Shown piece after piece: positions 1-13,455 of a stretch of 64,000 bases of DNA. Every line of letters begins with the position of its first letter. Position 1 is the stretch's first letter. Origin of the DNA: Auanema rhodensis (Eukaryota > Animalia > Nematoda); contig OZ059895.1 of NCBI GenBank assembly GCA_964057225.1, positions 16,678,001 to 16,742,000 of the forward strand, given 5' to 3'. The notes under the pieces are model-generated. The model saw nothing but the letters and a program-made list of their open reading frames with translations, was not told the DNA's origin and ran no database searches. The position numbers were made by a program, and so were the translations under genes.

Positions 1-789
1 CCTGGCCAATTACTTGTGGCCTGGAATATGCAAACATTGAATCTACTTATTACAGTTATTCTTACTTAGACGAGTCAAGAGAGTGCAGAATTGAAGCTAA
101 TTCTTCCCCTCTAATGTACAAATCGTCATCAGCTCGTAAAAACCAATCAAACTCTTCTAACTAAAAAATTGTTTCTAATATAAACACGAAAATTGAACTC
201 ACATAGTTTTCTGCCATCCATTTCACCATTGCAAAACTTTTCTTTTGTGGTGGATAAGCATCATCAACGCCTTTTAAGCGTATTAAAGGCAAATCGGGAT
301 AAATAGAATACGTGTCTTCAGCAACAAAGAATAAGACCTTCAAATAATGTTGAAAGTGTTTTATTTCCGGGAAGCTACTCACTTTTCCTGGTATATGTTG
401 TGCCCATGTTTTCCAAACGTTATAGGCTCTGCTATCAACATATTTCGCAGCCTTAAATTTGAATTTCCTCAATAAGATCAAACTGATTGGCACATATTAC
501 GAATCATGTTACCCACCGTCATAATTCCAATCATAACCAAGCCTCTCTCTCTAGGTGAGGCTCGTAGTGCTTCGCATTTTATTTCAAATTGTTGTATAGA
601 TGGTGAAACGGACCACCTAAAAAAAACAATGTCAAGGTAGGATTAATAAATTTTTTGAATTACATTATACCACATCCTATTAAAAAACCAATCAAAGAGA
701 GGACGAAAGGTCGGGAAAGCGGCATTTTCTAATTAAGGAAAACATTATATAAATATTAGTTAATTGAGACTTACCCCTCGTATTCTCAT
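1..789 (-). CDS. sqv-5: Chondroitin sulfate synthase (CHSY1/sqv-5), 5' portion, multi-exon, truncated by window edge
   Basis: ATG at 789-787 (MRIRG|gtaag) behind a tttaag acceptor. Spliced exons read ...[85 protein letters not shown], which are typical CHSY motifs. Confidence 0.9.
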
Positions 790-1665
790 GTCACCTTAAA
801 ATACAACTAATTTGGAAACGGCAAGTAAGGAACGGCAGTTAGAAAATATAATATAACTTCAGAATAACATGTAATTAGATAATAAAATAACCCGTGGGTT
901 GCCAAACAAAATATTTGTTCGAATTTTCTGAAAAAAATTAATAAAACTGATTAATCTACTAAACATAATTATCATAAAATTGAACATTAAGTGACCCAGG
1001 AGAAAATGAACATAAATTAGGAAAGGGAAGATTTGCGAAGGACATTAATCTTGTTGAAGACGTAGAGTGAGGTATAAGGCTGTGAGGATGCTCTCAGGTA
1101 TTGCTAAAGGTCATCGAATAACAAAAAGGGAGGAATCAGGAGACAAGAACCATGTACTGTTTACAAGGAGCCATTGTCCCTGACTAAGCATGCATATAAC
1201 ATCAGCAAACGGACAAACGAATTACAACAGAATGAGGGACATGCGGATGGAATACAATACGGTCAATTCAAAATTACTTAGTTATGATCCAAGCTTGCAT
1301 GCTAACCATTGCATTTCATGGGTATAGATTTAGTATGAATATTTTAAGCATCTTATAGTAATGATTAGTTTCAGTTTAGTAATATATGGCAAAGGGACCA
1401 TTGGAGGAAACAGGCTCTTACAAGTTTTGTTTAAGTGATGCACGTGGAAGACACCATCCATAAACTGTTTATTGGCGCATTTGACATAAGACGTGAATTG
1501 TGTGACATTTTAACAATTTATATAAGTTACCGTATTTTCCCAGTTTTTTGTCTTTTTGCTACTCTTGTGTATACAGTAGAGAATAGAGAAAATATTTAAA
1601 CCTATTAATGCATTGATCTTGTAGTTTCGAGCAATGTATTCACTGTCTATATTTAATAATTTTAG

Positions 1666-3639
1666 ATGGATCATCCCTCGTCCTCTCAAGATCCTGTACC
1701 TTTTGAGGATTTACAAAATCTTAATATCAACGGGTCAATAGCTGTATGTTTGACTATAACTACAAGTAAACTTATCACAAAGTATTCAGAGTAATGGAAT
1801 TAATTTTCATGAAACATTAATCAAAAAAGAGGACGCACTTGAAGCGGTTCGGTTAGGATTGAAAGGATTAAAACCTCGCAAATATGCTGAGAATAAATTA
1901 AAATTAAAATTTGATTATCGTGGAGAAAAACGAGCTGTTATGGTTCATCGCCCTGTACAACTTTCTTCCATAGAAGAATATATTAAAAAAACATTCGTTA
2001 AAGATCTAGCTATTTATTACAAACCTGAGGGAAATTCTGTCATAATATGCATTAGAACACAAAACGATTTAGATAATGCCGTAAAGGTAAACCCAATGAT
2101 TTAACCTGTACAATCGTTTAACAACTTTAGATTATCGATCGTAAGGAATTGACGTCACTACATCTACTATTATCCCAACAACAAACACTAGGTGATTCAA
2201 ATTGGTCATCTTTGCAACCGAATGCGGCTGGGACCTATAGTGCTAATATCGTTGAGGTTTTTTTTCATTTTCACAACTTAAATTTGACTATTCGACATAG
2301 ATTCCTTATTCGCAAACGTGTTCTTCATGTAGTGCTGCAATGAATTCACAAGCACATAGTGCAAGTGGGTTTTAATTTTCCTAAAGTGGCTGATTTTTTT
2401 AATTTCTCTATAGCCTAATACTCATGAATCAAATCATTCAATTTAATTATACATTTTGATTTTACATACAAAGAATTCAAAATTTGAAAGTTTTAAATCC
2501 CGAAATCGACTAGCAAACGCAAAGTATTGATTCTCAGTATTATTTCAGCGAATACTTCATTAGATCATAGTGCTTCTCAAATAGATTACGATGACCTGTT
2601 CCCTATGAAAGCTCCATCACAATGGAAAAAGGGAAAGTCAGTCTTCTTTACTTTTCTATTCTATATCATTTAGTTTATTTTTTAGAGAGATAGGAAAAGG
2701 TGCTTATGGTAGTGTATATGTAGCTCATGATGTTGATACGGGTCGGGATTTAGCTGTAAAGATTGTCCCTCTTATTCCATTAAATAGAGAAATGGGAAGT
2801 CAAAGTAAAAGCTTAGAACATGACATAAGAGTACTAGGTTTGTTAATATTTATAAATTTTTATTATTGATATTTTAAGCTCAGCTTCGACATCCTCGCAT
2901 TATTCAATACCTTGGAGTTCAAAACACAAGCGAGACTATTCTTATATTCATGGAATACATGCCAGGAGGATCAGTTAAAGATCTTATAGTCATAGAAGGG
3001 CATTTATCAAAAAACGTATCACTTCGATATACTTATCAGGTTTTAAAGCTGTTAATTCAGAATATTCCATTAATTTTGTATGTTATAGATTCTACAAGGG
3101 TTATCATATTTACATGGGAAAGATATAATTCATAGAGATATTAAACCACCTAATATACTTCGAGACACAAATGGAACTATAAAAATAGGAGATTTTGGTT
3201 CAGGAAAACAAATACAAACTATATCAGCACAATCGCAGAAGGAAGGGTTCAATGGGACTGTTTTATATTTTGCACCAGAGGTTTATCGCATATTTTCGAT
3301 AAATGGCCTAATACAACAAGCAAATTTAGGTAATTACAGGACAATCCGTAATTGGCAAAAAGGCTGATGTCTGGAGTGTTGGGATAACTTTACTAGAAAT
3401 GGTAACAGGTTCTGCGCCATGGTATGGCTTAGACAGCTTGGTCGCTATGCAGAAAATAGGTTATGAAGATACTCCATTAGATGTAAGCTTATAATAGAAG
3501 ATAGAAAAAAAATCTACTGTATCTTCAGTCATCACTCGATGAAGTGGTATTATCGCTAGTTAGGCGTTTGTTAACGAGATCTCCACATGATAGACCTACG
3601 GCTGATGATGTTTTAGCTAATTATCCGGCGTTAAGATAG
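1666..3639 (+). CDS. MAP3K of the MEKK2/3 family (PB1 domain plus kinase domain), multi-exon
   Basis: PB1-like exon [19 protein letters not shown]...[11 protein letters not shown]. Kinase motifs [64 protein letters not shown]. Stop TAG at 3637-3639. Confidence 0.88.
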
Positions 3640-3914
3640 GGTTTTATAAGAATTTTTAAGTATAATAATAGAATAGTTAATTTAATATAATAAGTATTCT
3701 AAACTTGTCGTTAAAAAGGGTATAATGATAATATACGTGTAAATATTTTCTCATAACGAAGAAAAAAATATTCTATTTAAGAATTAAGCTTTTTCTTAAT
3801 ATTTGTTTTTTTTTTACAAATACATATCATGATGGTTGTTCCACTATGCTATACCTTCTTTGTTTTGTGTTACTTAATGATTTGAACCTTTGCATTATCT
3901 CCGTTTTAGGAAAT

Positions 3915-6598
3915 ATGTTGGGAAGTCTTCGTGATGCGCTTGCTAATGTCCAGAATGAGATTGCTATCGGGTATGAAATTAACGAAAAAATTGAATGAAT
4001 CGTTTTCATAAACAATGAAACAAAAGTATTTCGAACGATTAATGACATAAAACAGAAAAAGAATAATGTTAAAAGAAATACTAATCAGCATATTCATAGC
4101 TAATAACTTTTTTTTTGAAAATGTTTCGCTTTCAGAGTCGAAAAAATTCGGAACAACGTCACCCCTTCCGCATTAACATTGCAACAGAAGTAAGTAATTC
4201 CATATTTGTATGTCGGAATCGTCAGCCAGTCATGAGTATTATCATAATACAATCAATTTGTCAAGTATATATCATATAGTAGTTGTATAGAAAAGGATGC
4301 TGCGCTGGCGATTCGGACAACCAACACTAGAACAGTTTGTTTTCTTTTCTTTCTTTTTTTTTTCAAATTTAATGATATAAGAAAATTACAGATGTGTAGA
4401 GGATGCTGTAGATGATATTATAAAAACGACAGCAGGTGGTGAACTTTTTCTCAAGTAAGTAAATATATTAAAAAAAAAAGTAAAAATTGAATAGAATTAA
4501 TAGTAATGTAGGTGTAATGATAGCCAATTTTTAGAACATGAATACATCAATAAAAGAATGTGAAAAATAGTTTTTGATGTACATGATTCAGAAAAAGGAA
4601 TGTGGCTATAAGGGGAGATTTTAGGCATCTGTCACAATGCTAATAGTTAGAGATGGGAGAGATTTCTCCAAATGCGGACGCGGAAAGATAGTCCGGAATA
4701 GAAATGTATAAAGTGCGAAAAGACCCTAGGCAAGACGCTTGGAAAAAACGTTAAAGAGCGAACAAGCAATTCATCAAGCCGGTTTACACGTGCTCAGTTG
4801 ACAATATGTAGGGTAGACAGACAGATTTCGGTGTTTCTTTTAATAAATTGGAAAAAAGTGACTTATTTGGTTGGGCTTCTTTCACCAATTCAAGTGAAAG
4901 TGCCCTCCCTTGTTCATACTCAATAATGGTGCGACGTTGTTTTGATAGTGTTCTGGCAATTCTTATATATATATTCTACATTATAGTGACTGGGTCACGT
5001 AAAACTATTCAATGACTGAAGACGTATGTGGGTGGATGACATATGGCTTATTGTATAGCCACGTGTTATATTATGGGGAAATGGATAAAAATTACATAAA
5101 TTCATCATCCCCAAACCAAATGTGTGTCTTCTGTGTGTATGTGTGTGCTGCGGATGTGGATGAATGCTGTCCGCCTTAACTCCAAATGAGGAAGAGGATG
5201 AAGCAAATTGGCCACTTGTCTTTTCCTTCTTTTAGTTTTTGGAAGTACTCTGATTTTTGGTTAGTTAGATCGCAAAAATACAAATCACCAGAAACTTTAA
5301 GGATTTTTCGATTAAGAAGATAAAACGGAAGAAAAATCAATGTTTAGGCTAATTTTCGTAGTTAAAAGTAAGAACAGATGAAGTGCGCTATGAGAACAGG
5401 TTCTCAAGAGGATTCTGGTGAACACTGAATAAAGCACAAATAGCATCATTCATTTTCCATTTTAATATAAGCAATTACAAAACAATCTTGTTCTTTCATG
5501 GAGAATGTGATAATTACATTATAGATTTCAATTTTCATTAAAAGAAATGCGTGAAAAAGCTGATGAGGGAGCACGCTTAGCCAATTTGTGTAGTACTAGA
5601 ATGGGAAGAGCTCAACAAGTAAGAATTTAATCAGTTTTTCTTGTATAAATTCGTTTAAGATGTGCAAGGAACGAGCTGATGCTGTTATGTCTATAGATTC
5701 ATTTCTTCGCAACACTTATGATATTGAAAAACAATTAAGAGATTTACATAAGCAGGTTCGTGTATTCCAATTTCCTATCATAAAAAATCGGCCCAATAAC
5801 CATTTTCAAAAGATTTTTCGTGTCAAACGGTTGAATTTCATGTAGTCACGCACACAAGCATTCGTACATGTCGCACAAAAATGTTTAATATTTTGAATTC
5901 TTCGTGTTGTGATGGTGTATTTCAAATGAAAACGTTATATTATATTTTATATGGAAACAATAAGAGAGGGAAATTTACAAGGAAATATATTAATCTAAAA
6001 ACAATACTAAATTGAAAGAGATCAATGAAACTTATAAATTAAAAACATCAAATGTCTTCAAAGTGATCGAAACCGAACTTAGAAGTTATTGTTTATTAAA
6101 TTTAAAGCATCACATGATAACTTATTTAGTAATAACACGAAAATATTTCCTCGTAACCAAGAGAATAACAATAAATTGTTTTTTCTAGGTTGATAAGATG
6201 CAACGCTTTTGTAATCAAACTGAACAGGCTCTAACGCACTTGGAAGGACTTCAAATTGTTGCACAAACGGAAGAAGAGGTAAAACCGTTTTTGTCATAAA
6301 CCTTTTGAGATATGCTTGTCGAAAACTGCACAAGGCCATTTTTCCCACGTATTGTTCTCTCTATTTCAGGTCGAACTCATTCGTCAGCAAGCCAGGACTG
6401 CTTCCACTATCATTATGATGGAACCTGGCCCAGCCACCATTTTAACAGGTACTTTTTCTTGTTTTGTTTGTACTTTTCCCTTTTTTCTCTGCTCCTAATG
6501 CGATTTTCTCGATTTTAGCCCGAACAAGACCTGATGACGAGGCCAACCAGAAACAGGAAGAAGTTATGTTGGAAGAATTCTTATCAAAAGATAGTTAA
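3915..6598 (+). CDS. dsbn-1: Dysbindin (BLOC-1 subunit DTNBP1 homologue), multi-exon
   Basis: Spliced product MLGSLRDALANVQNEIAIG...TAGGELFLKFQ...MCKERADAVMSIDSFLR...EQALTHLEGL...EEVMLEEFLSKDS*. It parallels the recalled human dysbindin N-terminus (MLETLRERLLSVQQDFTSG, SAGLELLSRYE, ENNLLHLEDL). Confidence 0.78.
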
Positions 6599-9500
6599 CA
6601 TGACAGATCAATTTTTCAACGTCATCTACACCGTGAATGTTTTTATTTATATTTATATTTATTTTTTATTTGCTTTATTCCCTTAAAGGAGACATAAGCT
6701 AAAGACTCTATTGCATCTAGTCCAAATGGTTCATGTTCACAGAAATGCTTGTAGCTTATATATTGATTGTAATATTTTAAAACGTTTATATCACAAATCC
6801 AAATCTTCTGAATGCTTAATATCAAATTAAGCTTTCGTCTTCACTTAAAAGAGCTTTTTAAAGTTATTTGTTGCTACCTATTGTATATCAAAATGATTAA
6901 TAAAACTGTCACAAACAGTAGCTCTTCCTAGGATTTTTTTCTCTTGAAGACTTTTTTTTTTTATTTTATAGTCGTAAAAACAACGATTTAAACACTTTTT
7001 TGCCTTATCATAAGATAAAAACTCTTATCTGAGATGAAAAATACTTATGTCCAACAGATTTCTAGAGTTTAACTAGAAAGAAGTGAGCTGCAAATTTCAT
7101 TTCAAGCAGAAGAAGACACTTCAATGGAAAATTGAGAAAATAAATAGCTAACAGCTTTTTTTTCAATGAAAGGGAATGAAATTAACTGAAAGTTGAGAGC
7201 TCACGCTTTTTCCGTACGGATCACATGCTAACGCGCGAAAAAGCTGTGGCGTTTCATTTAATTTCGTTTCTTTGAGCCACCCGGTCGTACCGCCATAGTG
7301 CATTCGCTTGAGTTTTTGAAACTTTTTTTTCGTTTCTTTTTCACTATTGTTAGTCATTTGACATTTACTTTTCTTATTCACACTATACTAGCTGCTTAGA
7401 ATTCGAATTTCATTAAATTCTCTCTTTTCATGAGATGAAAGTTCGCGAGATGAAGTATCCGACAAACGTGCCATTTTTCTGATGATCAATGTGATCTCAT
7501 GAATATTAGCTGCACTGCATTTCTGTTATAAATGTAAAGGGATGGAATAGTTAAGTATGAACTGCTGGATATGGTTGACCTGCCTGCTGTTAATTGACCA
7601 GCCATATGGCTATCTAGTCATTCGCTTGTCGAATATTCTTCATCTCATGCCGTCTTTTCCGACATGCATAAGTGTAGAACAGAAGGTATTACAGCCACTT
7701 CACACTGAAATTTCCCTTTTTGTTCTATTGCTCATATGCTTAGCTCATTGTTGGTACGTCCTTAATCTTTTATATTGCATATATTTTATAAACTATGCTA
7801 TATACATATTCATTCAGATTGTTTCATATACATATACTCTCTTTTGAACTGACATCTTTTTTTAAGTTTCTTACCACGAAGTCCATTAGTTTCCTTGGAA
7901 TACTAACTCGTTTTCCTTTCTACGTCATATATGTTACTCGCTTTCTATTCGTTTTAAACAATATTCTATCTATTGCATTGGAATCTGCCGATTTCTTTCA
8001 ATTGTATCTTTCCTTCTATGCTTCAAAAGTGAAATCAATTCATTGCATATGCTGAGGCTACAACAATTGACGACCAGTAGTTATTCCATTCTTCATCTTT
8101 AAGCTTATAAAGTTCTAAAAATTAATTCGAGCATTTATGATTGATTTGACTCATGAAGTACCTCGTAATTTTAACTAGTGTACACTTCGTTTTCAGAAAT
8201 ATTATACGATTTTTGTGTTTACACTCTGATTGAGCAGTAATTGAACTATACGTAAATACTGTCAAAAAATCCTTTCATAGAATTGTAAATGGAACTGGTC
8301 AGGTAAAAAGACGAACCTTTTCTGGACATAAAATAACGAAAAAGTAAAGGAAAGCGAGTTTTGTTCTAGCTACTCTGCGTCTCTGCGGCTTAGAGTCTCT
8401 GCTCGTCTGTCTTTGAGTTTCTAGTATATGGGCCTCTCGATTTTCCCCACCAACCCTTGTTTCTCTTTCTTCTTCTATACTTCCTCTCTTATTCAGAGCG
8501 TCTCTCACTCAAATGGCTTTTCTTCTTTATTCGTTTCCCTTCGACCCCTCTCTGTTTCTCTCCCTGCTTCTCTAATGGTTATTCCTCATGCAGTTCACAG
8601 ACTTTTCAATATATTCTTTTCTAACTACTCATTATTCTTATTAGCATGTTCTTTTGTATGTTGAATGAGCCTATTTTGTATGTGCACATAGAGGTCTGTT
8701 ATTTTTTTCCGATGTTTTTTTCAGTCGATTCTGCTAAACGCAATGTTGAGCTAACAGCGAGCACATCCATATTGTGGTTGATATTACGGCTTGATTCGAT
8801 GCGTTTATATGTCTAAAATTTCGTTGTAAAGCTTGCCTGAAAAAGCGAGTCTGGTCTTCATATTTCTTCACAAGCCGCTTTCGTCGTTTTTGATTGAACT
8901 ACCAATAAGCCAAATAGCTTCAAGCGTAGGCATATTCTAATAACACTGCAATATCATATTCATGTGACTCTGTCCGCTATAGCCGTCATTGAGCTGCAAC
9001 AGCATGATTTTTCTTTTACTTTTCCTTCTTAATCTCATCATATATAACCGTTCATACATTTTTCAAGTTTATTGACCTAAAACAAATCTTTAACTACTTT
9101 ATCAAATAATGTTTTTAAGACTACAGCATTAGGGAAAAAGTTCTCGTGTAACCCTTCATAGTTCTATTTGCTTTAGTTGAAAGTTGCTCGCTATCCATGA
9201 GATCACTTCAAATGTTGAACGGTGAGTAGCAAGAAAACACAAATTCATCAGGGGGGTATACCAACTTTTCTTTATTCTTTGATGCTTTCCTCTTTGTTTC
9301 AGCTGGTTGCAATTGATTTGTCGTTCATGTACTAATCCCGTTTGCTGCCTTATTATCTATCGTTTGTTTTTAGCTGGCTTTCGAATTTCTCGGGTGTCTT
9401 CTTCATTTTTTCTTTTCTTTTTTTTGCTTTCTGTTCAATTTCCTTTCCTGATGTATAAGTACGATATAGGGGATTGCTCTTGAGGGATTACTACTACTAC

Positions 9501-12500
9501 AACTCACTACTTTTATTTTATTTCCCCTATTCTTCATCGTTGCTTGCTCATGCTAAAAATATTTTCACTCAAAGATCATAACTCACAACCTATTTTTAGT
9601 AAACAAAGCCTCAAAATTAGTAGTGTGTGATGAAACATTTTTGATTTGTGTAAAGACAATAACTTCAATCTTTTCTTTATCCTATTAATAAGATTTCTTT
9701 CTTTCTTTCTTTATATATGTAGGCCAACACAATTAGCTCATCCATTTACTATGAGTTATACACCTATACCTATTATCAAATTTCTTATAATTCACAAAGG
9801 TAACGATTGTCTAATCGGTTCTTGTCTGAGTTGTCGTTCCTTTTCCTAAAACAACAGTTCACAAGAAGCCTAACTCTAGTTCTTCGAACACAAACGTAAT
9901 GAAACCCAAGTTACAACAATTGATTGTAACCAGCACGAATTGAAACTAAAACGAACATAAATCTCAATATTTAAGCAAGCATTCTTTGAAAGTCACAAGA
10001 CAACACTACTAACAAGGCGGTAAAATTATGTCCTTTATGACCGACCACCTCTAATGTAAATCAGCATACCCTACCTACCTACCTACATATCTATCTTTCG
10101 AACACAAGTAACTCCTGCATATTTGACTCTGTTTTTCTCTGTATGCAACCTGAACTCAGAATATTTGCTTTATTTTCTTTTCTTTTTTTGTTATTTATTT
10201 CTTAGTCGTCTTCTTTATTTTTCAGAACATTAAAGTTGCTTTTTGAACTCAGGAGAGACAAACTTTTGTGTTGTTATTTTGACTACTTTGTTAGCGAAGT
10301 CATTGATTTATGCAGTTTTGCCAGATTTTCCTGGCAACCCAATAGCAATTATATCGGATTATGATGAAAGATAAGTCTCTTAATCATGTGTCAAATGCTA
10401 TAAAGGTTTAATGCTCATTCGTGATCTGATTACCTTGAATGATGTATTGTCATTTCTTTTCAAACATCCGGATAAAACAATTATTCGTATTAATCCAATT
10501 TTCACGCTAAACTTTTTAAACTTCTATGCTCTTGTGGCTCTGTTTATTCGTGAATGCAATCAGTTGATTTTTTGATCTCAATTCTTCTTTACGAGCATAT
10601 TTCTTTCCCCATCACCGAATCAAGCTATTTTCTTCAATTACGCATTCACTCATTATAATTGCGTGCGTCAGAAAAGATGTGTGACACTTGGTCAAGAGGG
10701 GCTTTACATTTTATATTCTCACTAACTATAACTTCATGCTACTAAGTTATATATATATATCTTCTTTCTAAACCTTATGCTACCAGAATTCATAACATAC
10801 CTTTTGAAGAAGGCTGATGACACTACAGTTTATTTGCTGTCGTCTTACATCAGCTTGTGCTCCTGTCACGGTTTTCGTTTTCTTTCTATTTTTGCTGCTT
10901 TATGATCCTAACTTGTTATTCCAATCTGTATATTCGGTCGCTTATCAACCAAATCCTTTTATGAATTTCAGCATTTTTCAATGATGTACGTGCTCAGAAA
11001 TTGAAAGAAATTTTGTTTTCCATGTGGTTCTCCTATTTTCAAAACTTCTTCTTCCGTCTTAGTATTCGCCACACTAGATCAACCATTCATCTCTTTTCTC
11101 TTCTGTTTCTAGACTTTTGCAAAGAAAACTTTGCCCTACAAACCTAACAGCTGCTGTCACTTGCAGTTTATAAAGGTGGATAGACTAGTGAATTCCAAAT
11201 ATTATTTGGTATTCTCCCGTTTTCGGCACTACTTATACAACTGTTTGCCCGTTGTTTCCATCCCTCAATTCCTTCTTCTTCTTCTTCTGCTTCTTCCGTT
11301 TTCTCACCACTTTTCATCTTTGTTCGAGATGTTTCTCTTCCGGATCAATCAACAACTATATGCAAAACAGAATTTGAAGTTTTATCAGAAAGACCTTAGA
11401 TTGGCACGTTTCTTTTGGCGAATTGTTTGTCTATTATTGTCTCTAATCAGCTTTTTTTGTTTGATTTTTCAATTAAATGCACAGACTAAATCAACTGGAT
11501 CAACTTTTAAACTTTCCCAGCTTGAACTTGTCCTCTTGTATTAGCAGCGTTCATAAGATCTTATCTTCACGTGTACAGGATAAATCAGTCAATCGAGCTT
11601 TCAATTCAAGCATTAACACATAAAAACGTGGAAGTTCTTTGAATGCTCAATCTCATTATCCTTCATCTTTTTCTACTTCTTGTCCATTGTATGCTTCATC
11701 GCTTTCTCTTCACAGTCTGTCCATCTGTTTCCTCTCTGTTGGCCAGCATATGTCATCTGATGTAATAGTATCAGGCTATCTTTTACATGTGTCCTCTGCT
11801 TTCCGAAAATTATTGTCGTTCACCTCTTATATTCTCCAATTTTATGTGTTAAGGTGTTGACTACATTCTATAATTACCCACAACGAATAATTGTAACTTT
11901 ATTTTAAAGTCTATGATCTCATTAATGTTCTGGAATTCAAAATTTTCTAATGAATCAAGTATTACACCTAGTAAAATCCGCACATTTCTCAATTTCTAAT
12001 ACAATTATCTCATTATGCGTTGTGCCTGTTTTCAGTCTTCGCTCAATTTCCAATTATTTTGAGGTTTGTATATGTCTCTCTTGTGATCAAACAACAATAG
12101 CAAAGAAAAAAAAGCGTCTTCTTCAGTTTTTTAAATCTCAAATTCCAATATTGACATAGACATGGTCACCCACTTTTAGTTATCACTAACTGCTTGGAAG
12201 TTATTGTGATTGTGTTTGTATTCATGCTGTTAATATGTCTTTTTCGTCTGCCAAACAACGTTTCCTCATCAAAATTCTCTCATCTAAATCTTAATAAATA
12301 ACTTTTTTGGCGTAATAGAAGATTGCAAATGTAATTTATGTCTCATAAATACTTTCTCATAATCAATATTATTACTGATAATTCATTAATTTTTCTTCTA
12401 TATATAGATATATTTGTGTATTTTCTAATATAATTCCTAAAACATTGGAGTATTTGAAGGTGTAACGCCTAAGTTTATAGCCAAATCTTTGCTACAAACT

Positions 12501-12939
12501 GCATATCAAACAGTCTGAGCATCACAAAATCTTTAAACTTCTCTTGTGTTATGTGTGTTTCATCATTTCAATATAATTGATTAAGAAATGTCTGTTTATA
12601 ATAACATATTAGACTAATTAAACTTTTTTTCTTTGTATGGCAACAGAGATAGGAACATCTGTTTTCAAGATTCTTCTTCTTCTTCTTTTTCTTCCTCACT
12701 TTCTAATTAATGATTCATAAAAAAAATTATGTTTGGCTATCTTTTGCGAAAAAATTGAGACAAGGCGAGAGATTTGAATAGAAAAATCTAATTATTTCAT
12801 AATAACAGCTTGTGTTGTTTATTTTTATTGCTCTGTTGTCTTCTCTTGTAAATTGTATTCAGTTTGAATTTATATAGATATATCTGTACATGTATATATC
12901 GTGCCAAACGATGCATATGCTTCATCTATATGTCGTCTC

Positions 12940-12960
12940 CCTCTCTCTTTCTCTCTCTCA

Positions 12961-12996
<36 letters not shown>

Positions 12997-13391
12997 TTTT
13001 GTACATTGTTTCTTAACCTATCCTGCATTCTACATTCTGCTTCACTCTTCATTCTCCTTCTTTTCATTCTTTTGACTTCCTATGCTATCATATACTTGCT
13101 CTTTGGTTATTTTACTTTTCTTTTTACCCTCTCTATTTCTTACGCAAATACATCAATGTTTCCATCTATATCTATGACCTTATGATATTCTGTTTGAATG
13201 AACTTTTTAAACGGCGCTTAACGCTGATGACCAGATGGATGATAAACGGATGGATGTTCGCTTGTTCGCATTGTATTAAATATATTTCATCTTTGTGTAT
13301 ATAATCTTAATTAAACGAGTAATGTGCCGATTACTTCTTGTGTTTGTTCTCTGTTTCATTCCGGTTTTCTCTCATTCTCTCTCTCTCTCTA

Positions 13392-13455
<64 letters not shown>

